From IMG/VR virus record IMGVR_UViG_3300040811_001959: 64,000 nt of DNA. One strand, given 5' to 3'. Source of the stretch: a virus. Its lineage: Duplodnaviria > Caudoviricetes. A program made the position numbers and the translations under genes. The notes beneath the pieces are model-generated. The model saw only the letters and a program-made list of their open reading frames with translations. It was not told the DNA's origin and did not search any database. Shown here in pieces: positions 47,121 to 56,077 of this stretch. Position 1 is the stretch's first letter, and every line of letters begins with the position of its first letter.

Positions 47121-48615
47121 TGTTGTAATATTAGGAGGAGGTATAGCAGGATGGCTAACGTCCTTATTTGTGAAAAGAATTTATCCAAACTTAAAAATTT
47201 TAGTTATTGAGAATTCTAAACATTTACCAATTATAGCAGGCGAAAGTGGCGCCACTACGTTTAATGATATTTTAAACTACTTAAATATTGATTTACAAGA
47301 TTTTCAAAAAAAAACAAATGCTACTCCTAAGCTAGGAGGAAAATTTTACAACTGGAGTAAAAATACCGAGTTTATTCATGCTTTACAAACTGATTATTCA
47401 CCATGGCTCGATAACTATAAAACATTTAATAATGAGTTTAGTTTTAAAAGTATGAATAATTTTTTACAAAAAGAAAGAGCTGGTTATTTTGTAGAATTGC
47501 ACTGTATTAAGAATAAAATACCTTTGTCAAAATTATTTTTTGCTGATGCTTTTATAGAGCAAAATAAAGTTCCTAAATCTAATGATAGTCGTTTACAGCC
47601 TATGTGGCACTATGAAAGTAGAGCAACTGCTGCTTATCTTAAAGAAATCTCTTTTAATAGAGGAATTATTTATAAAGATGCAATATTTGTAGATGCAGAA
47701 CGTAACTCTAATAACGGTAATATAAGCTTTTTGCAATTAAAAAATGGCGAAAAAATATACAGTAAATGGTTTTTTGATTGTACTGGCTTTGCACGATTAT
47801 TATTAGGAAATACGTTAAAAGAACCAATAATTGATAATAGTTATTATTTTCCAGCTCATTCTGTAGTAGCATGGTGGGGAGAAACAGAACCTAATGTTGT
47901 CACAAAAGCATATGCAATGGATTATGGGTGGTCTTGGAATGTAAATTTAAAAAATCGTAATGGTAGTGGATATATATATGATAGCAACCATACAACTTTA
48001 GATAATGCAATTCAAGAAGCTGAAAAAAAATTTAATAAAAAAATTGATCCTGTAGCTAATTTTACGTATCAACCAGGATTTATGGAAAACTCCTGGAAAA
48101 ATAATGTTATAGGCATAGGATTAAGCACTGGATTTTTAGAACCTTTAGAGGCAAATGGTATTGCTTTAATTTGTGAATCTTTATTTGCTTTAGACGATTT
48201 ATGGAATCCATATGAAGTTAATACTACACTACAAAATAGATATAATGAAAGATTGTATACTATTACAGTTGATATAAGAGATTTTTTATTGTTGCATTAT
48301 ACAGGACAAAAAAATAATACAGATTTTTGGAATATGTATCTTAATGAGATAGATTTAAGCGAATCCTTAAAAAATAAAATCTATTTGTTAACTGAACATG
48401 TCGAACATTCCAAAGAAAAACCTTTTTTTAATGGTTACTCGCCGACTGCATGGTTAATGGTAATGCAGGGTATGAATTATTTTGATAAAGAGTACAATAT
48501 AAACAATTCAGTAATAAATAATTTTTCTAATGTGTTAAATACAATTACAAATATTTATAGTAAAGAAATTGATAGCCATATTACTATAACAAAATGGCTT
48601 AATAATGAAAGGTAA
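47098..48615 (+). CDS. Flavin-dependent halogenase 3 (divergent)
   Basis: GGGIAG, 'ATPKLGGKF', WSWNVN, FLEPLEANG. Confidence 0.85.
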   Translation: MNTNTSYDVVILGGGIAGWLTSLFVKRIYPNLKILVIENSKHLPIIAGESGATTFNDILNYLNIDLQDFQKKTNATPKLGGKFYNWSKNTEFIHALQTDYSPWLDNYKTFNNEFSFKSMNNFLQKERAGYFVELHCIKNKIPLSKLFFADAFIEQNKVPKSNDSRLQPMWHYESRATAAYLKEISFNRGIIYKDAIFVDAERNSNNGNISFLQLKNGEKIYSKWFFDCTGFARLLLGNTLKEPIIDNSYYFPAHSVVAWWGETEPNVVTKAYAMDYGWSWNVNLKNRNGSGYIYDSNHTTLDNAIQEAEKKFNKKIDPVANFTYQPGFMENSWKNNVIGIGLSTGFLEPLEANGIALICESLFALDDLWNPYEVNTTLQNRYNERLYTITVDIRDFLLLHYTGQKNNTDFWNMYLNEIDLSESLKNKIYLLTEHVEHSKEKPFFNGYSPTAWLMVMQGMNYFDKEYNINNSVINNFSNVLNTITNIYSKEIDSHITITKWLNNER

Positions 48616-48621
48616 AAAATA

Positions 48622-48825
48622 ATGAATTACTATGTAAAAATAATTAGGGTTCCAGAGCTAGAGAATACAGCTCAAAAAATGAATATTAAAAAAGTTTATG
48701 CAAAAGCTAACACAATTGCAGACGCAGAAATTATATTTGAGAAGGCATATCATCCTAAATATACAATAGCAGGTCCAAATAGAATAGATTCTGTTCCTAG
48801 TGGAGAATCAATTTTACAATTATAA
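48622..48825 (+). CDS. Small hypothetical protein
   Basis: 67-aa ORF with AAGG RBS. Confidence 0.5.
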   Translation: MNYYVKIIRVPELENTAQKMNIKKVYAKANTIADAEIIFEKAYHPKYTIAGPNRIDSVPSGESILQL

Positions 48826-49443
48826 TTTAACTAATTTTGATAAAGTATTTGTTTTAAACATGTTATCTTGCATTTCAGTAGATGCATATTCAAAAGGAAG
48901 GCCTAATACAGGTCTAGTATCAAATTTTAGATTACTGTGAGGTCCTTCTGCATCTACATATTGCAAAAAACATTGCGTGTGACTTTGTTCTTGTAAAGGG
49001 TCTCTCCAATGCTGGTTTTCGTGACCTTTATAAATTACCCCATCGCCTATATTCAATTTAATTTCATAAATCTTATCAGATTTGTTTCTAATATACAAAG
49101 GCCATATATCTGTCTGCTCTAATGCTATGCTGACGGTATATTCAGAGCTTTGTCTATCAAAATGTTTTTGTAAAAAACTATCTTTGTAATATATTCGTGC
49201 ATATGAATATGTAGGATATAATTTTACTTTTAATTTTTTTTCTATTATTGGTAAAATTTTTACAGACAATGCTTCCATCATTAAAGGAGCGTATCTTGCA
49301 AATGTGTTTTCTGTTAAATCGGCAAAGTCTGTATTAGGATAAATTATTTTGCAAACATCTTCCATCATTTTAAATTCTAATGAAATAAAATTTGCTAACT
49401 CTAATGAAATAATATTTTTTACTGTAATAAAATCTTTTTTCAT
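48820..49443 (-). CDS. PKHD-type Fe(II)/2OG hydroxylase
   Basis: 'YARIY', 'HFDRQSSEYTVSI', 'HWRDP', 'QCFLQYV'. Confidence 0.85.
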   Translation of the reverse strand: MKKDFITVKNIISLELANFISLEFKMMEDVCKIIYPNTDFADLTENTFARYAPLMMEALSVKILPIIEKKLKVKLYPTYSYARIYYKDSFLQKHFDRQSSEYTVSIALEQTDIWPLYIRNKSDKIYEIKLNIGDGVIYKGHENQHWRDPLQEQSHTQCFLQYVDAEGPHSNLKFDTRPVLGLPFEYASTEMQDNMFKTNTLSKLVKL

Positions 49444-49994
49444 ACTAATGGTATAAATCCTAGATTAAAAAATGGTTTTTCATTAAATGTCCTATATAAT
49501 TTACCAGTTGGAATTGTATGCACATCAAACCCAATTGTAATTCTTTTATAACCGAAATTTTCTAACGCTACTACCTTGTGTTTAATGTGCCCATGTCCAA
49601 AATAAATTTGACCAGGTTTATTTTTTACAGTATGCGACTCAAAAACTGTTTCAGTTTTTTCACAATTTAAATTAATATATCCATGATAAGGCCATTCATG
49701 ATCGTGCCAATCTAATAAATCCTGATGAGTATGATAATTAATCCATGATTGTAACCAAAGTTCTTTATTTTCTGTTATATTTGTAAGTATTAAATTTTTT
49801 AATTCTTGGAAAATATACCAGAAATGACTTGAAGGTGCGAGTAGACTGAATGTATTATATTTAGGATACGTCCATGTTGTATCTTCGTAAGGAAATAATT
49901 CTTGATGTAGTCTCAAACCAATTTTAATATCTTCTAAAATACCTTCAATATTATTTGTGATGTAAGAACTTTGATGTAAAATATAATCTTTCAT
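49440..49994 (-). CDS. Fe(II)/2OG oxygenase-like
   Basis: 'SWINY', 'WHDH', 'KHKV', 'RITIGFD'. Confidence 0.75.
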   Translation of the reverse strand: MKDYILHQSSYITNNIEGILEDIKIGLRLHQELFPYEDTTWTYPKYNTFSLLAPSSHFWYIFQELKNLILTNITENKELWLQSWINYHTHQDLLDWHDHEWPYHGYINLNCEKTETVFESHTVKNKPGQIYFGHGHIKHKVVALENFGYKRITIGFDVHTIPTGKLYRTFNEKPFFNLGFIPLV

Positions 49995-50605
49995 AATATA
50001 ATATTAGATAAATTTGTATTAATGACGCATCTAAATTTACTTTTTTTACAAAAACTTGCAGTATGATAGTAGTATCCTGGAAAAACTAAAATTTTACCTT
50101 TCTCTGGTTTTACTCTTTTTTTAATAGTAAAATCTCTAGAGGAAATTTTTTCAATGTCTTTACTTCCTGGATCATAATTTTCATTTATTTCATTAAAAAT
50201 TATTGTATCTCCGTCGCTATCATTTACATAATAAATGGCTACAATATGTTTAAAAAAACTATCTATATGTGGCATAAATGCATTTTCATTAATTGCAGGA
50301 TTTTTAAAAACTAAATTAGCCCTCATTCTTATTAGCCTTGATATGTCTTGGTCTTTGATTTTATCTTGTAAATTTAAAATGATTGGATACACCATATCAA
50401 AGAAAGTGCTTGTAAAAGAATTTTGCTCATAAAAAAAGTGATTACATCCAGCAGGGTTGTCTAAATCATTAATAAAACATTTATCTCCTGATACAATGTT
50501 TTTATTTAATGCCCAAGAAAAATTAAATCCGGTCATTACAGTTTCAATATAATCAGCCTGACTTTTTGGAATAATATTTTTTATTTCAATAATTTCATTT
50601 ATCAT
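49991..50605 (-). CDS. Fe(II)/2OG oxygenase
   Basis: 'PHID', 'YYVNDSDGDT', 'YHTA', 'RCVIN'. Confidence 0.85.
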   Translation of the reverse strand: MINEIIEIKNIIPKSQADYIETVMTGFNFSWALNKNIVSGDKCFINDLDNPAGCNHFFYEQNSFTSTFFDMVYPIILNLQDKIKDQDISRLIRMRANLVFKNPAINENAFMPHIDSFFKHIVAIYYVNDSDGDTIIFNEINENYDPGSKDIEKISSRDFTIKKRVKPEKGKILVFPGYYYHTASFCKKSKFRCVINTNLSNIIL

Positions 50606-51123
50606 GTGACTTGTCCAAAAAATCTTAATATTACTAATTTATCATTTTCGTTTGGCATAAAAGAATTATGTATTTTAAAATATTCTTTTGGAGAAAAAAA
50701 TATACATCGGTTCTCTTTAATTTTTATTGTAATTGAAGGAGTAAAATTGCTATCAATAGAATTGTAAAATACAATATCATCGTTTTCATTTGAATTTAAA
50801 AAAATTATACCTCCAATATCAAAATTAGGATAGTAAATATTAATATCAGTATTATCTTCTAATTTAGTTATGTAATTAAAAACCATATACAATTGGTTAA
50901 AATCTTCTTTACCATTTGCATGTATAATAATTTTTTTAGCAATGTTATGAAATATTTTTTCGTTAATTTCATTAATTGGTTTAGATATATTGCCAGGAAA
51001 AATATGTTCTGTTGTTATATACTCTTCATCTAAAGCTAAATTTTTGTATAATGTATAAAATTCAAAAAAATCATCTATAATTTTTACAGGCTGGTTAAAA
51101 TAACGCATATTAGATTTTAACAA
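50602..51123 (-). CDS. Degenerate 2OG-oxygenase-like paralog lacking the HxD motif
   Basis: 'IIDDFF...FPG', 'GGIIFLN', 'NRCIFF' align with the neighbouring gene. Confidence 0.55.
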   Translation of the reverse strand: MLKSNMRYFNQPVKIIDDFFEFYTLYKNLALDEEYITTEHIFPGNISKPINEINEKIFHNIAKKIIIHANGKEDFNQLYMVFNYITKLEDNTDINIYYPNFDIGGIIFLNSNENDDIVFYNSIDSNFTPSITIKIKENRCIFFSPKEYFKIHNSFMPNENDKLVILRFFGQVT

Positions 51124-51814
51124 AAAAAACTTGGGTTAGTCTAGCATCTTTTCCTTTACCAAAAAAGTTTTCAGCAGAATGCCAATTTCTAGTATCAAAC
51201 ATAATAAATCTATTAAACTTTGATTCAATTACTATGTCAGTATCAAACTTTGATCTTTGATCTTTCCTATATTTTTCAAATTTATTACTATCTATTTCAT
51301 CAGTTTGATTTACATCTTGCTCAAATAAATCTTTAAAAAACTCTCCATTATGATCGTTGCAATCTTTGTAAATACAGGTACCAGAACCTAAAGGTGCATC
51401 ATTGTTAAGATAGATAACACCGGCAACTTGATCTTGCGGATCGTCATCATGAACCCATCCGTTACCGTAGTTTTCGTCAGTTAATTGAAATCCGGTTTCT
51501 AATCTTTCAATTTTTGTAATGCCGTAATCTTTTAATATAAACAGGATTTTTTTTAGAAAAATTTGAAAGAAATCATAATTTAATTCGTGCAATAATGTAG
51601 TGCGTAATCCGGGCCAGTTACCTCTATCTCCTTTGTAAAATTCTTGCTGTAGAGCAAAGTGTCTTATTATATCACAGTCTTCATAAAAATCATCAATTAT
51701 TATTGTAGGAAAATATGGATATAAAAATCTATTTTTGACATCATGTAATTCCATGAATTGAGATACTGGCAAATTGTGTTTATTGTTGAAAATATTAATG
51801 TACCAATTATCCAT
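51110..51814 (-). CDS. Fe(II)/2OG oxygenase-like (DUF6445-type)
   Basis: 'IIDDFY', 'WPGLR', 'VHDD', 'AGVIYLN', 'WHSA', 'RLTQVFF'. Confidence 0.8.
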   Translation of the reverse strand: MDNWYINIFNNKHNLPVSQFMELHDVKNRFLYPYFPTIIIDDFYEDCDIIRHFALQQEFYKGDRGNWPGLRTTLLHELNYDFFQIFLKKILFILKDYGITKIERLETGFQLTDENYGNGWVHDDDPQDQVAGVIYLNNDAPLGSGTCIYKDCNDHNGEFFKDLFEQDVNQTDEIDSNKFEKYRKDQRSKFDTDIVIESKFNRFIMFDTRNWHSAENFFGKGKDARLTQVFFVKI

Positions 51815-52391
51815 TTATTTTTCCAGTAAAATTAAATGTAATTACAATTCTTTTCGTACACATTTTAGGACAAGTGCTTGCGTGATAATGCCATCCGTTA
51901 AACAATAACAATTTTCCAGCCTTGGGTGTACACGTATGCATAGGATAGTATTTTTCAGCTTTATCAATTTCATGGAATATAATTGTATCTCCATCGCTGT
52001 AATTTACATAATAAATTACAACAAAATGTTCTTGATCAAAGTCTCTATGCGGAGTATTGTACTTATATGGCAAGCTTGGCAATGAAAATTTTGTGTTCAA
52101 TAAAAATCCAGCCCTAATTCTTTTTAAATCAATTATTGTTAGAGAAAATTGTTTTTCTATTATAGATAACAAAGGCTTAAAAAAATCTAAATGCAGATTA
52201 CTTATGTTATTTTCATTATAAATTAAGTTACCAAAAGCAGGAGTTGAGTGTTGAGGCATATTAGAATTTTCAAAAGTTGTATCTTCCATAAAATGCCAGT
52301 CAAAATCTATATTTGTAAGATAATTATAAATTTTTTTAACATATTCTTTATCTTCTATATTTTTTTCGATAGGTTTAAAAATGTTACTCAT
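51807..52391 (-). CDS. Fe(II)/2OG oxygenase (paralog of 49991..50605)
   Basis: 'PHRD', 'YYVNYSDGDT', 'YHAS', 'RIVITFN'. Confidence 0.85.
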   Translation of the reverse strand: MSNIFKPIEKNIEDKEYVKKIYNYLTNIDFDWHFMEDTTFENSNMPQHSTPAFGNLIYNENNISNLHLDFFKPLLSIIEKQFSLTIIDLKRIRAGFLLNTKFSLPSLPYKYNTPHRDFDQEHFVVIYYVNYSDGDTIIFHEIDKAEKYYPMHTCTPKAGKLLLFNGWHYHASTCPKMCTKRIVITFNFTGKING

Positions 52392-53124
52392 AATTTAATT
52401 TGTACCTTTCTCTATCAATAGAAAAATGTTTTGGATCAGTTTTATATTTATTCCAACACGGTATGCTCATACTTAATCGCTTACTACATGGATTTGCATA
52501 ATGATACATTCTTGACGGAATATACAAAACATCTCCTGGTTCTAACACAACATCTAAAGCAATAGATAAATCTTTTTCTTTAATAAAATTATTCATAGTA
52601 CCGGTAGGAAACAAATTTGATAATCTATTATTATAGACTTTCCACGGAGTTGTTCCTTCTACTTGAATAATAAAATTAGACGGATAATCTTCATGTATGT
52701 AAAAAGAACCATTTTTTTTAATGTTACAGTACACATGAATAGCTGCATTCACATAAAATTCTTGTTCAAAATATTTTAACAGTTGATTAGTGGCATCGTT
52801 GAATGATCCATAATTTAAAATTACAAGTCCAAATCCATTGTTAATTTTATCAAATATAAATGATTTGTCTTGTACAGTTTTTGACCAAACCCAAGTTTTA
52901 TTATAAGTTGGTATTTCTATTTTACTATTTGTTTGCGGATCAATAACTTCAAAGTCGAATAATTCAGGATAATTTAAACATTGTTCTACGTTGTGCCAAT
53001 TTAGATATTTTTCTGGTGCAGGAAAAATATTTTTCATATATAACGGATTATCATTTAAAAATAAATTACTTTGTTTTTTAAAATTTTCAAAAAAATTATT
53101 CATATATCCTATCAATCCTAACAT
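52384..53124 (-). CDS. JmjC/cupin-4-type oxygenase
   Basis: 'HED', 'NFIIQVEG', 'LEPGDVLYIP', 'YHYA', 'RLSMSI'. Confidence 0.85.
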   Translation of the reverse strand: MLGLIGYMNNFFENFKKQSNLFLNDNPLYMKNIFPAPEKYLNWHNVEQCLNYPELFDFEVIDPQTNSKIEIPTYNKTWVWSKTVQDKSFIFDKINNGFGLVILNYGSFNDATNQLLKYFEQEFYVNAAIHVYCNIKKNGSFYIHEDYPSNFIIQVEGTTPWKVYNNRLSNLFPTGTMNNFIKEKDLSIALDVVLEPGDVLYIPSRMYHYANPCSKRLSMSIPCWNKYKTDPKHFSIDRERYKLNYE

Positions 53125-53695
53125 TAAATGCTATTGATATTCTATCTTCGTCAGTAGGATTTCTAGAAACACCGTGAGCTAAATGTCCTGGAAATAATAA
53201 TAATTTTCCAGTTTTTGGTTTATAACTAATAGCACCGCAACTAATTTGAGTATAATTTTCGATAAAACTTTGACTTGTAATAATATAATCTGCTAGACTA
53301 TTTTTATAAAAAGTAATATCTCCTTGATTTTCTGTTGCTTTTAGATAAAATGCTCCAGATAAAAATGAATTATCATGTATGTGATGTGAGTTAGAATGTC
53401 CTTTTTTATTAATATTAAACCAATAATTTTCAATTTTTACTTTTGATAATTTTTCTATATATCCATAATCTCTGACGCATTGTTCTGCTTGTTCTAATAT
53501 TTTATTATTTAAAATTTGTAATGGTTTAAATGCTGTAGGTAAAAAATCTTTACTTTGCCATCCTCCGTCATTACTAAGTTCGCGACCTGTTGGGTCATAT
53601 TTGTATATATCGTAACACAAATTAAGTAAATCAGTTGTATCTATATTAGTCTCTTCCCACCATATCGGCGTCGGAAAATAAAGGTCAAAATGCAT
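53096..53695 (-). CDS. Fe(II)/2OG oxygenase-like (TIGR02466-type)
   Basis: 'WFNIN', 'HIHDNSFLSGAFY', 'FPGHLAHGV', 'RISIAFN'. Confidence 0.85.
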   Translation of the reverse strand: MHFDLYFPTPIWWEETNIDTTDLLNLCYDIYKYDPTGRELSNDGGWQSKDFLPTAFKPLQILNNKILEQAEQCVRDYGYIEKLSKVKIENYWFNINKKGHSNSHHIHDNSFLSGAFYLKATENQGDITFYKNSLADYIITSQSFIENYTQISCGAISYKPKTGKLLLFPGHLAHGVSRNPTDEDRISIAFNVRIDRIYE

Positions 53696-54488
53696 ATCTT
53701 AAATCATTTAAAGTTTTTGGCACAGGTATAAAGCTAAAAGCAAACGAATGACTCCATCTAAAATCAACTTCAGGATCTACATATGCTAGGTGCGGTATGT
53801 TTGCTTTGTACATTGTCATAGTTTTTTCGTTTGTAGGTATTGACGCTAACAAATTAAATCCCCATTTCTTTAATTCCTCATCTGGCATGTTAAACCAATT
53901 ATTTGCCCTAGTAGCATTCCTGCTTATTTCTACCCATTGTTTATGAAATTTGTGGGTTTCGTCAACTTGAAAATCATAAACAGTTTCATACATTTTTCCT
54001 TCATAATGAAATAACTTTGTACATGACATGTCAAGAGAATGATCTGTAAACCATAAATTAGTAACTAAGCCATTAACATAATCTACGTGAGGAATTCTCC
54101 AGCAACTTATAGGTTTAGTTAATTCACGAAAGTATAAATTGCCCCATTCGTGTATTTGCTCTAAATATATATCATTAGAAATATTTTTTGAATAAAAATC
54201 AATAAGTAAATAGCAAATATCTTTATAAATCCATTCTGGTAAGTGTATGCTATCAAATGGGTTAGGATCAAAATTCGTTAATGCGCTATTGTCTTTTTGT
54301 ATTGGAAAAGATGCTATAAGATTTTTAAAAATTTCAAAATGCTTTATGTCAAACGGCGGATCAGTTATCCAATAACCATAATCTTTATCAATTGAAAAAT
54401 ATTTACAATTCCAATTGTCAACATTGTGAATTTTAATTACTTTGTCAAAATTATTTGCATCAGGATAGCATCTTTTAAATTCTGTCAT
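53685..54488 (-). CDS. Fe(II)/2OG oxygenase-like
   Basis: 'RIPHVD', 'NLWF', distal 'PHLAY'. Confidence 0.65.
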   Translation of the reverse strand: MTEFKRCYPDANNFDKVIKIHNVDNWNCKYFSIDKDYGYWITDPPFDIKHFEIFKNLIASFPIQKDNSALTNFDPNPFDSIHLPEWIYKDICYLLIDFYSKNISNDIYLEQIHEWGNLYFRELTKPISCWRIPHVDYVNGLVTNLWFTDHSLDMSCTKLFHYEGKMYETVYDFQVDETHKFHKQWVEISRNATRANNWFNMPDEELKKWGFNLLASIPTNEKTMTMYKANIPHLAYVDPEVDFRWSHSFAFSFIPVPKTLNDLRYAF

Positions 54489-55066
54489 CTTATGTTAAAA
54501 GTAAATATAATTCTTTCGTGATCACTTAAATTGGGTTGGACTCTGTGTTTTAACCAGCCGGGAAATATTAAAACATCATTAGTGGTTACAGGTAATTCTT
54601 TATAAAGAGATTCTTCAGGAAAAATAGGATATATAGATTTATGATATTCTAATGGGTCTTTAAACTCTATATATCCAGAATTATCAGGAACTTGTAAGTA
54701 AGCCGTAACTACAAATGTTATAAAATTATGACTATGTTCTAAAGTTTGTCCACCTTTATAATGAATGTTAATCCATGATTCTGTAACTTCATTATATTCA
54801 TAAATAAATTTATTTTCTTTCCTAATAAAATAAATCATACTTCCTAGCCATTCTTGGAATTCACTTAGTTCTTCCCAAGTATGTGGCTGTTCAGTGTTGC
54901 TAGCTTTAATTGACGATTTTGAATTTCCTATTTCTAATAAACTTGTTTCTGAATTATTTTCTAATAGGTTATAAATTTTAGGTTTTAATATTTCAAATTC
55001 AAATGGAAATTGAAATTTGTAAATATAAGGAGTAAAAAGATTAACTCCATTATTCAATAGGTTCAT
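54485..55066 (-). CDS. Fe(II)/2OG oxygenase-like (TIGR02466-type)
   Basis: 'SWINI', 'EHSH', 'FPGWLKHRV', 'RIIFTFN'. Confidence 0.85.
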   Translation of the reverse strand: MNLLNNGVNLFTPYIYKFQFPFEFEILKPKIYNLLENNSETSLLEIGNSKSSIKASNTEQPHTWEELSEFQEWLGSMIYFIRKENKFIYEYNEVTESWINIHYKGGQTLEHSHNFITFVVTAYLQVPDNSGYIEFKDPLEYHKSIYPIFPEESLYKELPVTTNDVLIFPGWLKHRVQPNLSDHERIIFTFNIR

Positions 55067-55292
55067 TTTCTATTAGCTCCAACGCTAATTGTAGACCCAT
55101 TATTGTTCCTTCTATTTTAAGTAAATCAGAACTTAGTTCTTGTCTGGATGCAAAATCTATACTAGTAATACCGTATGGGTTAAGTTTTAAATCATTAAAC
55201 TCATTTTCAATACGTTCTAAGTCATTTTTTATTTCTAATGACTTATTTTCAAGATTTTTTAATGCATTGTTTATTTTATCAACATAAATCAT
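55050..55292 (-). CDS. Small coiled-coil hypothetical protein
   Basis: 80 aa with a heptad-like pattern. Confidence 0.55.
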   Translation of the reverse strand: MIYVDKINNALKNLENKSLEIKNDLERIENEFNDLKLNPYGITSIDFASRQELSSDLLKIEGTIMGLQLALELIENEPIE

Positions 55293-56077
55293 TTTTTTCC
55301 TTTTGATAATATTCTATTTAGTCTTTTAATTCTAGCCAAAACAGAATCTTTCCTGTAGATTGAAGAATTTGAAGCATAAACAAAATCTCTTTCAAGTTTA
55401 TAATCAGCATTAGTTGCTTCTTCAACTGTTAAAGTGTAAGTAGAATCTTGCAATATCTTTTTATCTATTGGTAAAATTTGACAAAGAGGAGTGCCTGCTT
55501 TAATCAAAATTTCGTCATTTAATTTTTTCCAATACAACTGGACATTTAAAACATGCATGTAACTTGGATCTAAAAAACCAGTTGCAGCTTCAAACCTATC
55601 TTCATTATTATAAGCAACTGGCATTATAAGCAGTATGATATTATTTGAAACTTCAACCCTCCACGGAGTTTCAACTTTAATTACAGTCTTAAGGATATTA
55701 TCTTTATCATTTAATAAAGGTTCGGTTTGTATAGAATTGTGTGTATTTATATATGCATATTCTGCCATTTGTCCACATTTATTAAACTGATAACTTTCGT
55801 CCCAATAAACACTTACTCCATCTCCGTTTGTTTTTATTATAAAATCAGCAGGTGCAGTTAAAATATATCCTGTGTTTATTATTTTCTGTATTCCTGGACA
55901 ATTTTGAGAACTTTTAGTATTAGTATCTACTTCTTGTTTTATTTTTAACCAATCTCTTTTTACAAGTCGGGATTTTTGTATTGGATACAATTTTGCAACC
56001 CCTGGTTCAAGAGTATAAAATCTAATAAATTGTTTTTTTTTAAAAAAAGAGGTCAGTTTACTTGTTAATATATTCAT
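55289..56077 (-). CDS. Paralog of 42116..42940 (possible dUTPase-like fold)
   Basis: 'NCPGI...GYILTAPADF', 'ETPWR', 'AGTPLCQILPI'. Confidence 0.55.
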   Translation of the reverse strand: MNILTSKLTSFFKKKQFIRFYTLEPGVAKLYPIQKSRLVKRDWLKIKQEVDTNTKSSQNCPGIQKIINTGYILTAPADFIIKTNGDGVSVYWDESYQFNKCGQMAEYAYINTHNSIQTEPLLNDKDNILKTVIKVETPWRVEVSNNIILLIMPVAYNNEDRFEAATGFLDPSYMHVLNVQLYWKKLNDEILIKAGTPLCQILPIDKKILQDSTYTLTVEEATNADYKLERDFVYASNSSIYRKDSVLARIKRLNRILSKGKK

